Positions 55,004 through 64,000 of a stretch of 64,000 nucleotides of DNA are shown in pieces; positions within the stretch are counted from its first letter, which is position 1; each line of letters starts with the position of its first letter. The notes beneath the pieces were generated by a model. It saw nothing but the letters and a program-made list of their open reading frames with translations. It was not told the origin of the DNA and did no database searches. The DNA comes from a bacterium (GTDB lineage Bacteria > SZUA-182 > DTGQ01 > JAFGSM01): contig JBLIRO010000009.1 of the NCBI GenBank assembly GCA_049472335.1, forward strand, positions 1 to 64,000, read 5' to 3'. A program made the translations under genes and the position numbers.

Positions 55004-56185
55004 ATGAATTGCAGTCTTGAAAATTTTTTAAAGAGAGAAGTAACCCGTAAACAATTTTTAAAGGCCTTATCTCAAAAAGCCTTATTCGGTTTATGTCTTA
55101 CTGGAGCTTTTTCCCCTTCCTGTGCCTCGGCCTGGTCGTTCTTAAATAAGACAGATGAGCAGGATAAGACTTCTTTAGTAGAAGCACAATATTATAAAAA
55201 ATTAGAGGGTGAAGAGATCCAGTGCCTCCTATGCCCGCATAAATGCGTTGTTTCTAAAGGCGATAGGGGAGAATGCGGTGTTAGAGAAAACCGTAATGGA
55301 ACCTACTATACCTTGACTTATGGCCGTCCATGTGCCTTGCATGTAGATCCTGTTGAAAAAAAACCCCTTTTTCATGTCATGCCGGGCTCCAGGGTTTACT
55401 CTTTAGCCACTGCCGGATGTAATCTCAACTGTCTCTTTTGCCAGAACTGGCAGATATCGCAGGCCCTCCCGGAAGAAGTGAGATACGAAAATCGCTCTCC
55501 TGATGAAATCGTCCAGATGGCTGTGGACATGGATTGCCATTTGATTGCTTATACCTATTCGGAGCCCACTATTTTTTTCGAATATATGCTGGCAATAGCA
55601 AAGAAGGCACATACTAAAGGGCTAATAAATACCTGCCATTCGAATGGATTCATTAATCCGGAACCGCTGTCGGAATTGTTGAGATTCATGAGTGCCGCAA
55701 ATATTGATCTTAAGGGTTTTACTGACGAATATTATTTAGAGGTATGCGGAGGAAGATTAGAGCCTGTTCTGAAGTCTCTTAAACAGATAAAAAAAGGAGG
55801 CATTCACCTTGAGCTGACAAACCTGGTTGTTCCTTCCAAAAATGATAAAATAGATGATATAAAGAAAATGAGTAAATGGATAAGTAATGAATTAGGGCCA
55901 GATGTTCCGCTCCATTTTTCCAGGTTTTATCCCAGGTATAAGCTTCGCAATATTCCTCCTACCCCTGTTGAAACCCTTGAAGAAGCCAGGGATGTCGCTA
56001 TGCGGGAAGGCCTGAAGTTTGTTTATATCGGAAATTTACAGCCAGGTCATAAAGCGGAAAATACTTATTGTCCAAACTGCAAGAAGATTGTTATAGAAAG
56101 AAGAGGATATGTAGTTGAAAAAAATCAATTAAAAGGGGGAAAATGCCCCAATTGCAATAAGCCGATCTCAGGTCTTTGGGAGTAA
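55004..56185 (+). CDS. amrS: AmmeMemoRadiSam system radical SAM enzyme
   Basis: CLLCPHKC...G.CGVR, DPVEKKPLFH, GCNLNCLFCQNW.ISQ, AYTYSEP, PLHFSRFYP and YIGN...TYCPNC. Confidence 0.93.
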   Translation: MNCSLENFLKREVTRKQFLKALSQKALFGLCLTGAFSPSCASAWSFLNKTDEQDKTSLVEAQYYKKLEGEEIQCLLCPHKCVVSKGDRGECGVRENRNGTYYTLTYGRPCALHVDPVEKKPLFHVMPGSRVYSLATAGCNLNCLFCQNWQISQALPEEVRYENRSPDEIVQMAVDMDCHLIAYTYSEPTIFFEYMLAIAKKAHTKGLINTCHSNGFINPEPLSELLRFMSAANIDLKGFTDEYYLEVCGGRLEPVLKSLKQIKKGGIHLELTNLVVPSKNDKIDDIKKMSKWISNELGPDVPLHFSRFYPRYKLRNIPPTPVETLEEARDVAMREGLKFVYIGNLQPGHKAENTYCPNCKKIVIERRGYVVEKNQLKGGKCPNCNKPISGLWE

Positions 56186-56245
56186 TATACCGAAATAGTA
56201 ATTATACATAAACAATTTTAAAAAATTTACAGGATTACGGATCTT

Positions 56246-56767
56246 ATGTCCAAGAAATTTTTTCTGATATTTTTTGTGATTTGCCTGTGGATTGTCTTAC
56301 CTTTCTTTGTTGTTTCAGCACAGATAGGTGTGGAAGTCCTGATTTATACAGGCAAGATCTCAGTGACAAGTAATAATGAGATATCGACTATCTATACGAT
56401 GCCCCAGGAAGTAAAAGATCTTCCTGCCAATACAATCATAGAATGCATTGACGGAGTGGCAATTTTTAAGATCGGAGAGGTCCAGGTCGTCCTGGAGACA
56501 GGGGATAAACTTCAGCTCTTATCGATGGAAGATAAAGAAAAAGTTAATATGATATGTATATCCGGAGAGATTGAAGCCATGTGGGGAGAAGAATTTTTCA
56601 AATTAACCCAGGAACAGATATTAGGTCTCAGTAGTGAAGGAAAGCCTCTTATTGACCAGGCAGAGGGTATTGTCTTTCCTGAGTCAGGTGCAAGAAGCAA
56701 ACAAACACCATCTGCCATAACACCTCCCGACCCTGATGAAGCCATTTATACAAGTTCTCATCTCTGA
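56246..56767 (+). CDS. Exported hypothetical beta-rich protein
   Basis: Signal ending VSA|Q; co-oriented with its neighbours. Confidence 0.65.
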   Translation: MSKKFFLIFFVICLWIVLPFFVVSAQIGVEVLIYTGKISVTSNNEISTIYTMPQEVKDLPANTIIECIDGVAIFKIGEVQVVLETGDKLQLLSMEDKEKVNMICISGEIEAMWGEEFFKLTQEQILGLSSEGKPLIDQAEGIVFPESGARSKQTPSAITPPDPDEAIYTSSHL

Positions 56768-56814
56768 TAACTTTTTTTGAGGTGATCTGAGCTTTTACAA
56801 GGTGTCTGATTAAA

Positions 56815-57441
56815 ATGTCAAAATGTGTAATTTGCAGAAATAGAAAAGGAAAACGTTTTTGTCCTGAGCAAAACGGGATGATCTGCGCCCCTTGTTGTGG
56901 AAACAGGATCTATAGCAAAGCGGATTGTCATCAGGATTGCGTATACTTGAAATCAAGTCAGGATTTTAAAAAACAAAAGGATAATGACAAAGGTGCTCAA
57001 GAGGATTTGGATATAAATATCGATTGGCCGATAATAAGACTAATGGAAAAGAGTATCTATGATTGTTTGAAAAATGATATTTATTATGAGGACCGAGACA
57101 TAATCCTGGGCATTGAAAGAAAGATCAAAGCCCTTGAACACCCTGATATTCCACAGGAGATTTTGCTTAACCGATCAGGGGTTATAGAATCCGCATTGGA
57201 TGAAATGATAAGAAGTATTCATATGGAGGAGGGTATCGATTTTTCTGATGAAAGAATACTTCACGCATTGCGTTCTCATGCCCGCTTAGTCAGACATGAA
57301 GGGAGCAGCAGAAAAGGCGGACACCGTTATATAGATATTCTAAAGAAAAGGATAACAGAGATCGAAGAGCAATTTAAAAAAGAGAGATCAAAGGAAGAAG
57401 AAGGACCGGATCATCCTCTCATAACCCTCCCTTTCGGCTAA
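56815..57441 (+). CDS. Hypothetical protein with N-terminal Cys-rich (probable zinc-binding) domain
   Basis: CVIC..RKGKRFCP...ICAPCCG..R....CHQDCVYL. Confidence 0.75.
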   Translation: MSKCVICRNRKGKRFCPEQNGMICAPCCGNRIYSKADCHQDCVYLKSSQDFKKQKDNDKGAQEDLDINIDWPIIRLMEKSIYDCLKNDIYYEDRDIILGIERKIKALEHPDIPQEILLNRSGVIESALDEMIRSIHMEEGIDFSDERILHALRSHARLVRHEGSSRKGGHRYIDILKKRITEIEEQFKKERSKEEEGPDHPLITLPFG

Positions 57442-58275
57442 TAGATCAAGATGAATAGTAGCAAGATCATCAAGTTGAAAATCAATCGGCTTTTTTCCTT
57501 CCCTTTTTCTTGCTTCAAGAGTTTTTATATATTTCCCGCATTTTTCACAAACACAAACCCTGTCTTTTTCCTCCTTTATTTCTTCTTCATCCAGAGAGAA
57601 ATAGTTTAAGTCCTTTTGATCTGTATTATGACAATAAGGACATTTGAGCCTGGGGTAAGCCCAAGAGGTGTCACACCATGAACAAATGAGACTTCTTCTG
57701 CCTTCCTCCCCTTCAATATATGCCAGCAAAGGATATGAACCGCATATGGGGCAATAGGATTGGGACCAGATTGATTTTTCGGACGGAAGATAAGAATTAA
57801 GTGCAATGCCGCAGGTATTACCAAAAGGCTTGAGGCTGTTCCTTATTAAAAAACCGATAATCTCTCCGTTTTTTTCTTTTTGATTCGATTCCTTGATTGT
57901 ATCCTCATCCCCTTTTAAGGTTGATAATGCCAATTTCCATATATCGATTTCCTTGTTTTCAAACCTTTTCAATAATTCAAGGATCTTCGATTTAAGAGGT
58001 TTACGTTTTTCGGCCACGGTTAGCGAAATCCTTTTGAATACCTCTTTGAATTGAATAAAAGGTACGGTTATTTCTGATTTTTTAAGAAGCGGGAATCCCT
58101 CTTTCATCTTAATATTTATAAGCTCCGGGATTAATTTGGGAAAGATGAGATCAAGTTCCGGTTGTATATTTTTCTGCTCCACAAAAAGTTCATATCCAAA
58201 TAACACTATTTCACGCAATGGAGGATATTTATTTATAAGCATAATAAGGGATTCAGGGATTTTTTTGTCTGGCAT
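57388..58275 (-). CDS. fdhE: Formate dehydrogenase accessory protein
   Basis: YCPICGS.P, R.LICSWC.T.W.Y.RLKCPYC, CEKCGKYIK and DDLATIHLDLLA..EGY; start placed at ATG 58275. Confidence 0.9.
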   Translation of the reverse strand: MPDKKIPESLIMLINKYPPLREIVLFGYELFVEQKNIQPELDLIFPKLIPELINIKMKEGFPLLKKSEITVPFIQFKEVFKRISLTVAEKRKPLKSKILELLKRFENKEIDIWKLALSTLKGDEDTIKESNQKEKNGEIIGFLIRNSLKPFGNTCGIALNSYLPSEKSIWSQSYCPICGSYPLLAYIEGEEGRRSLICSWCDTSWAYPRLKCPYCHNTDQKDLNYFSLDEEEIKEEKDRVCVCEKCGKYIKTLEARKREGKKPIDFQLDDLATIHLDLLAEREGYERMIRSFFFL

Positions 58276-58438
58276 ATTATTATAATAAAGAATATTATGG
58301 AAGAAATTTATTTTATTAAATATAAAACGCATTCCATACCTTGTAACGAATATGCAATCAAATACTTAATATAAACCAAAAATTTATCATATATGTTTTT
58401 ATAAGTCAATTTTAAACTGGTTTTTAAAGTGATGCGTC

Positions 58439-58454
58439 AGGCATGAATCTTGCT
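58439..58454 (+). promoter_or_regulatory. sigma54 promoter candidate upstream of the gsp operon
   Basis: AGGCAT-GAATC-TTGCT (GG-N10-GC). Confidence 0.55.
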
Positions 58455-58551
58455 TATTTCTCTTAAATGTCTTCTGCAGATATTTTTTGGAAGTAGAGGA
58501 AATATTCGATTATTTATATGCTAATAAACTAAAAACTCCCTGTCCCCGGTG

Positions 58552-58580
58552 TTGACTTGGTATGTGTGATAAGCTATACT
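58552..58580 (+). promoter_or_regulatory. sigma70 promoter candidate upstream of gspE
   Basis: TTGACT-N17-TATACT. Confidence 0.6.
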
Positions 58581-58627
58581 TAAACTAAATTGTTTACAAA
58601 AATCAAAGAGTTTTGGAGGTTTTAATA

Positions 58628-60349
58628 TTGTCTCTGCCTGAAAACAGATTAGGAGACCTTTTGATTAAAAAAGGGCTTCTCTCCAAGGAAGATTTGGGTA
58701 AAGCCATTGAGCAGCAATCTCATACCGCCGAAAGGCTTGGTAAAGTGCTCATGGATCTGGGATTTATCTCGGAAGATGATCTTTATAAGACACTTAGTGA
58801 ACAACTTAATATACCGTTTTTGTCGAAATCCGATTATCCTGAAACTCCCATACTTGATATAGACTTTTCCCTCAAGTTTATGCGCCAGTATAAATTTTTT
58901 CCTTTAGAGATTAAGGACAAAACCCTGAGCGTGGCCATGAGCGATCCCATAGACCTCTACACAATTGACGAATTGAGACTTTTTACAAAATGTAAAGTGC
59001 GTGTATATGTCTCAAAGGAATCGGATGTGCTTGCCGCCATAGAGCAGCGTTACGGGGGTGGCGCTACCACCATGGAAAAAATCATAGAGGATATGGCCGA
59101 GGAAGAGCTGCAACTTCTTGCGTCTGGAGAAGAGGAAGATATCGATCACCTTCGGGATATGGCTTCAGAGGCACCGGTAATAAAACTGGTGAACCTGTTT
59201 ATTTCCAGGGCCATAGAAGATGAAGCCAGCGATATACATATTGAGCCTTTTGAAGAGAGACTGGTGGTAAGATTCAGGATCGATGGGATTTTACACGATA
59301 TCGAATCGCCTCCCAGACGTCTTCAGGCGGCTATCATTTCCAGGGTCAAGATCATGGCTAACTTGAATATAGCAGAAAGAAGGCTGCCCCAGGACGGAAG
59401 GGTCAGATTAAGGGTCGCCGGGAAGAAGATAGATCTGAGGGTTTCTTCGGTGCCAACCCTTTATGGCGAAAGTGTGGTCATGAGGATTCTGGACAGAGGC
59501 AGTATACTTCTCAGTATTGAGGACCTGGGATTCCCTTCTGATAAGTTGAAGGATTTCGCCCGATTGATCCGTAAACCACACGGGATCATATTGGTTACAG
59601 GGCCGACCGGTAGCGGAAAGACAACCACCCTTTACGCAGCCCTGGAGAAAATAAATTCGCCCGACAAGAAGATCATCACTGTAGAAGATCCTGTGGAATA
59701 TCAAATGAGCGGGGTCAATCAGATTCAGGTTAATCCAAAGATAGGCCTGACCTTTGCCAGCGGTATGAGGTCGATCGTCCGCCAGGACCCGGATATAATG
59801 ATGGTAGGCGAAATAAGGGACAGGGAAACAGCGGAGATCGCTATTCAGTCTGCATTGACAGGACACCTTGTCTTTTCAACCCTGCATACCAACGATGCTC
59901 CCGGCGCTATAACCAGGCTTCTGGATATGGGGGTGGAGAGCTATCTCGTTTCTTCATGTCTGGAGGGTATATTGGCCCAGAGGCTGGTTAGGGTCATTTG
60001 TAAAGATTGTAAACAGCCCGTTGTCCCGGAAAAAAAGGTATTGGAGCAGATGGATGCTTATGCCAAGGATATCAAGCTTGCGTACCGGGGAAAAGGATGC
60101 GAGATGTGCAAATCCACGGGATACCATGGACGTAGCGGTATTTTCGAACTCTTGACCGTTACCGAACAGATTCGCGGGATGATCCTGGAAAAGACCAGTG
60201 CAAACGTTTTAAGACAAAAGGCCATTCAGCAGGGTCTCAAGACTTTACGGGATGATGGATGGGACAAAGTAAGGCGGGGGGTTACAACTATTGAGGAGGT
60301 CCTGAGAGTGACACGAGAAGAAGAATTGGTCGGGCTGATGGAGGAATAA
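58628..60349 (+). CDS. gspE: Type II secretion ATPase with N-terminal MshEN-type domain
   Basis: RLGDLL...RLGKVL, ASDIHIEP, GPTGSGKTT, RQDPD..MVGEIRD and CKDC/CEMC; TTG 58628 follows a ggaggt RBS. Confidence 0.93.
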   Translation: MSLPENRLGDLLIKKGLLSKEDLGKAIEQQSHTAERLGKVLMDLGFISEDDLYKTLSEQLNIPFLSKSDYPETPILDIDFSLKFMRQYKFFPLEIKDKTLSVAMSDPIDLYTIDELRLFTKCKVRVYVSKESDVLAAIEQRYGGGATTMEKIIEDMAEEELQLLASGEEEDIDHLRDMASEAPVIKLVNLFISRAIEDEASDIHIEPFEERLVVRFRIDGILHDIESPPRRLQAAIISRVKIMANLNIAERRLPQDGRVRLRVAGKKIDLRVSSVPTLYGESVVMRILDRGSILLSIEDLGFPSDKLKDFARLIRKPHGIILVTGPTGSGKTTTLYAALEKINSPDKKIITVEDPVEYQMSGVNQIQVNPKIGLTFASGMRSIVRQDPDIMMVGEIRDRETAEIAIQSALTGHLVFSTLHTNDAPGAITRLLDMGVESYLVSSCLEGILAQRLVRVICKDCKQPVVPEKKVLEQMDAYAKDIKLAYRGKGCEMCKSTGYHGRSGIFELLTVTEQIRGMILEKTSANVLRQKAIQQGLKTLRDDGWDKVRRGVTTIEEVLRVTREEELVGLMEE

Positions 60350-60358
60350 TATAGGACT

Positions 60359-61582
60359 ATGGCCGTATTTGTCTATAAAGCTGCTGATAAAACAGGTAAT
60401 ATTGTTTCGGGGACCATGGAGGCCAAGGATAAGGCCATGGTTATAAGCAGGCTTCAGGCTTCTTCCTTTTTCCCGATAAAGATCGAACAGGGCGCGGGTA
60501 CACGCGCTTCTTTTTCGGAACGTGTCAAAGGCAAACGACTTCTTGAAAGGGTCAACAACAAAGATATACTGAGTTTTACCCAGCAATTGGCAACATTGAC
60601 AGGTTCTGCTGTTTCACTGGACCGGAGCCTTTCCATACTTAAACAATTAGCTGCAAAAGAGAAATTAGCTTCCATCATTGATGATATCTATAAAAATGTC
60701 CATGGAGGGAGCCTTTTTGCCGATGCCCTGGCCCAGCATCCCAAACATTTCTCAAAACTTTACATAAACATGGTTAAAGCCGGAGAAGCCGGCGGGGTCC
60801 TTGAAGCAGTGCTTGCCAGGCTGGCGGAGTTTTTGGAAAGCGCTCAGGAACTGAGAGAAAATATAATAAGCGCGCTTATTTATCCGATAATCCTGACCCT
60901 GGTCAGCGGCGCTGCCGTGGCAATAATCATGATCTTTGTAATCCCTAAATTTAAACTGATCTTTATGGATATGGGTCAGTCCCTGCCGATGATAACCCAG
61001 GTCGTGCTTGGTTTTAGTCAGGGGATTAAAGATTACTGGTGGATGATATTGGGAGTTTTGGTTGTTATTTTCTACTTTATTAAACGATATATCAATACAC
61101 CTAAGGGAAGATGGAAATGGGACCGGACGAAACTGAATATGCCCGTTTTGGGAGATCTCGTTCAAAAGGTGGAGATCGCTCGTTTTACAAGGACATTAGG
61201 AACCCTTATTCAGAGCGGTGTTCCAATACTTCAGTCAATGAATATAGTTAAGGATATCGTAGGCAACACAATTGTCTCCAAGGCTATCGGAAATGCTCAA
61301 AGCAGTATAAAGGAAGGGGAGAAAATATCGGAGCCCCTTAAGGAGAGCGGTGTTTTTCCACCATTGGCCGTACACATGATCGATGTGGGGGAAGAGACAG
61401 GGCAACTGGAAAACATGTTGTTTAAGGTTGCGGATTCATTCGAGGCTGAGGTGCGCACCGCGGTAAAGAGATTGGTTGGGCTTTTAGAGCCCGCCCTTAT
61501 CCTGCTTATGGGAGTTGTCGTGGGTCTTTTAGTGATTTCCATGCTTATTGCCATATTTAGTCTCAATGAAATGCCATTTTAG
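60359..61582 (+). CDS. gspF: Type II secretion inner-membrane platform protein
   Basis: FTQQLATL, MVKAGEAGGVL, ALIYP, VGEETGQL and LLEP. Confidence 0.93.
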   Translation: MAVFVYKAADKTGNIVSGTMEAKDKAMVISRLQASSFFPIKIEQGAGTRASFSERVKGKRLLERVNNKDILSFTQQLATLTGSAVSLDRSLSILKQLAAKEKLASIIDDIYKNVHGGSLFADALAQHPKHFSKLYINMVKAGEAGGVLEAVLARLAEFLESAQELRENIISALIYPIILTLVSGAAVAIIMIFVIPKFKLIFMDMGQSLPMITQVVLGFSQGIKDYWWMILGVLVVIFYFIKRYINTPKGRWKWDRTKLNMPVLGDLVQKVEIARFTRTLGTLIQSGVPILQSMNIVKDIVGNTIVSKAIGNAQSSIKEGEKISEPLKESGVFPPLAVHMIDVGEETGQLENMLFKVADSFEAEVRTAVKRLVGLLEPALILLMGVVVGLLVISMLIAIFSLNEMPF

Positions 61583-61691
61583 TATCTTTCGGGTGAGATG
61601 CAACTATCCCTTATCCGTTTGATTGTACAGTTTGTCTAAAATATAAATATATAGTTGATTTTGATCTAAGAACCAAAATTTTCAGGAGGAT

Positions 61692-62156
61692 ATGATGGTA
61701 AGAAAAAAATGGGAAGATTTGCAATTGGTCTCTCAGAGAGGTTTTACCCTGATAGAACTCCTTGTGGTTATGATAATCATAAGCATGTTGGCTGCGTTAG
61801 TCGGGCCGAGGGTTTTCAATAAATTGGGCAGAGCGAAGAGACAGGCGGCGGAAGCACAAATCTCCCAATTAGAGGCTGCTTTAGATATTTATCGCCTGGA
61901 TACCGGGCATTATCCGGAGAATCTGGAAGCTTTGGTTGACCGGCCGCCTGGGGAAGATCTCTGGGATGGCCCCTATCTGAAAAAAGATAAGATACCAAAA
62001 GATCCCTGGAAGAATGATTATGTTCTTGTTAAATCGGGTGATGAAGTTCACGTGAAGTCCTATGGGGCAGATGGCCAGGACGGGGGAGAAGGAGAAAATG
62101 CTGACATACCGTCTGATTCTGAGTTTGAGGATGGCAGAGTAATTCCACCCGGTTAA
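61692..62156 (+). CDS. gspG: Major pseudopilin
   Basis: GFTLIELLVV, ALDIYRLDTGHYP, WDGPYL, PKDPW and SYGADG..GGEGENADI. Confidence 0.95.
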   Translation: MMVRKKWEDLQLVSQRGFTLIELLVVMIIISMLAALVGPRVFNKLGRAKRQAAEAQISQLEAALDIYRLDTGHYPENLEALVDRPPGEDLWDGPYLKKDKIPKDPWKNDYVLVKSGDEVHVKSYGADGQDGGEGENADIPSDSEFEDGRVIPPG

Positions 62157-62197
62157 TCCGCTTGGTATGAGAGTGTTAAAAACGTTACTGGAGTTTT

Positions 62198-62782
62198 ATG
62201 AAAAATACCAATAGCTATATTGGTGGCTTCACCCTGATTGAAATGCTTATTGTTATGGCTGTTATAGCCATTGTGGCAGGACTTGTAGCGCCCCGGGCAT
62301 GGAAAACGATGGCCAATTTAAGACTTCGGTCGGCCGTGCGAAACTGTTCGGCGGTAATGAGATATGCTAAGAGCGTAGCGGTAAGTACCCAGAAAGACCA
62401 GAAGATCAGCTTTATGCTTAATAGTAATGATGATCCTAATATAAGGGATTATTATACGTTCCAAAGGGTGAGCCGGTCTTCTGGAAATGAAAATAAGGAG
62501 ACAGAAGATATAAGCGATGAATATGAAGAAGGGCTGAGGGAGAAAACAGAGCTTAAGAGTGAGAAAAAAAGCAAGGTGCTGGATGCAGGGATGTCCCTGA
62601 GCTGGAGGGACAATCCGGATAGCGACTGGGAAGAGGAGGGGGAGCATGAAATAACCTTTTATTCACGCGGTTTTGCTTCAGGTGGTGAGATAAGGTTCGC
62701 GTTTTTGGATGATGGCAGGGCCTATATACTTAAGTTAGATCCTGTGACCGGTCGGGTGCAGACCTCCATAGAAGAGGAATAG
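62198..62782 (+). CDS. gspH: Minor pseudopilin GspH/FimT-like
   Basis: GFTLIEMLIV, ITFYSRG..SGG and LDPVTGRV; position after gspG. Confidence 0.82.
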   Translation: MKNTNSYIGGFTLIEMLIVMAVIAIVAGLVAPRAWKTMANLRLRSAVRNCSAVMRYAKSVAVSTQKDQKISFMLNSNDDPNIRDYYTFQRVSRSSGNENKETEDISDEYEEGLREKTELKSEKKSKVLDAGMSLSWRDNPDSDWEEEGEHEITFYSRGFASGGEIRFAFLDDGRAYILKLDPVTGRVQTSIEEE

Positions 62783-62788
62783 TCTGGC

Positions 62789-63244
62789 ATGACCGATTTT
62801 TTGAAAGGCGAAAAGGGATTCACGCTACTTGAAATTATGGTAGCAATGGCCATAATGGCAATAGCTCTGGTTACTGTTATTCAGCTTTTTTCAGGTGCTT
62901 TGCGATCAGCCAAGGTTTCCCATGACTATTCATTGGCTGTTATGGGTGCTAAAGAGAAGCTGGATAAAGCCCTTGCCGTATCCACATTGGATGAATTCGA
63001 TGAACTGGAAAAAACTGGCGAGTTCGAGAGTGAAGAACTGAAGGATTACCGATGGGAGATCACTGGACCGGATGAGTATCAGATACCCGATGGTTTGGCA
63101 TTGGATGTAGAAGAGGAAAGCGGGGTTCTTAGTGATTTGCCTTTTAAATTATATCAGATTGGTGTCACTGTAAGATGGGCATCAGGCTTGCATGAAAAAG
63201 AGATAAGTTACAAGACATTGAAGATACTGGAGGAAAAGGATTAA
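62789..63244 (+). CDS. gspI: Minor pseudopilin GspI-like
   Basis: GFTLLEIMVAMAI and LYQIGVTVRW; operon position. Confidence 0.82.
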   Translation: MTDFLKGEKGFTLLEIMVAMAIMAIALVTVIQLFSGALRSAKVSHDYSLAVMGAKEKLDKALAVSTLDEFDELEKTGEFESEELKDYRWEITGPDEYQIPDGLALDVEEESGVLSDLPFKLYQIGVTVRWASGLHEKEISYKTLKILEEKD

Positions 63245-64000
63245 AGTCTATCGTGTTTTAAAAAGGCGGGAAACAGGATTTACATTACTCGAATTGGTTA
63301 TATCAATTACTATTCTCTCTCTTATTATGGGAATAATACTGGGAGCTATGCGTCTTGGAAGTAGATCATGGGAAGCCGGGGAAAAAAGGATAGATCGATT
63401 ACAAAGAACGAGGATAACATATGACATCATCTCTGAGGATATAAAATCTATACTGCCTTCAGGAATTAAAAAAAGAAGCGATCAGGGCACTCAATTTATA
63501 TGTCCGAAAGGACAGGGCTGCAGTCAGAAAGCTGCTTTGTTTATTGGTGAAAGCGATAGAATCAAGTTTGTGTCGACAAATCCGGGTGTTCATTATAGTT
63601 TAAACAAAAGTAAATATCGCGTGGTAAGTTATTATCTGGGTCAGACTCATGACTCAGATTATAAGGGTGTTGTTATGGAGGAACAGGCGTGGCTTTTTCC
63701 GGATTTTTTCCGTTTTGAGACTTTATGCAGTATGTGTGAAGCTGAAGAAGATGAATTTGAAAATGACACATTCATCCATTCAATTTACCCGGATGTTACT
63801 GAGCTTACGTTCAGGTATTACGGAACTCATGACGGTGATGAGGAGCCTGACTGGTATGAAACCTGGAACACTCTGGAAGATCTGTGTTCATGTGATCCTG
63901 GAATGATCCAGGATTCTTTGCCTGAAAAGGTGGAAGTGAAGATGATACGGCCGAAGATTATGGGATCTGAAGATGATGAAGAGTTAGGGGAGGTTGTATT
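63240..64000 (+). CDS. gspJ: Minor pseudopilin GspJ-like, 5' part; start codon uncertain, runs off the window end
   Basis: Not in the ORF track. Hand translation: KRRETGFTLLELVISITILSLIMGIILGAMRLGSRSWEAGE...FIGESDRIKFVS...LPEKVEV, open to 64000. Confidence 0.8.
   Translation, partial: MKVYRVLKRRETGFTLLELVISITILSLIMGIILGAMRLGSRSWEAGEKRIDRLQRTRITYDIISEDIKSILPSGIKKRSDQGTQFICPKGQGCSQKAALFIGESDRIKFVSTNPGVHYSLNKSKYRVVSYYLGQTHDSDYKGVVMEEQAWLFPDFFRFETLCSMCEAEEDEFENDTFIHSIYPDVTELTFRYYGTHDGDEEPDWYETWNTLEDLCSCDPGMIQDSLPEKVEVKMIRPKIMGSEDDEELGEVV

Noticed and set aside
57388..57441. 54-bp convergent overlap between fdhE and its neighbour
   Set aside because: Short 3' overlaps of convergent genes are common, and both proteins look complete.

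Overview
Bacterial chromosomal window, probably from an anaerobe (selenocysteine-type SelD, FdhE, multiheme cytochromes, paired DUF507 genes). It is mostly gene-dense with several long AT-rich intergenic gaps. I recognised no rRNA, tRNA, CRISPR array or transposase. In order it holds: partial amrB and a HAD phosphatase; a small ExeA/PilN/PilO-like cluster running into a P1B-ATPase-HflK fusion followed by hflC and a second hflK; an LRR-Roc-COR (Roco) gene with a TIR/DUF4062-like tail facing an AAA-PD-(D/E)XK gene; a GAF-PilB/GspE ATPase; a cyclase-TPR-HD-GYP protein; housekeeping genes (hisF, RluA, rfbA, rfbC, proteases, bioY); a 2595-aa cytochrome c with about 69 CxxCH motifs by hand count, built from tandem tetraheme modules, followed by a ~10-heme cytochrome split by a ~380-aa Met/Pro/Gly low-complexity insert; three secreted low-complexity proteins, two with sigma54-type promoters; a PilZ protein and a Ca2+-type ATPase; selD with an in-frame UGA and SECIS-like hairpin; amrS with a Tat-like leader; fdhE; and the start of a type II secretion operon (gspEFGHIJ). 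The best candidates for an undescribed system are the giant-cytochrome plus low-complexity-protein locus (28.5-47.1 kb) and the P1B-ATPase/SPFH operon. All family calls come from motif recognition by eye, and no database search was run.
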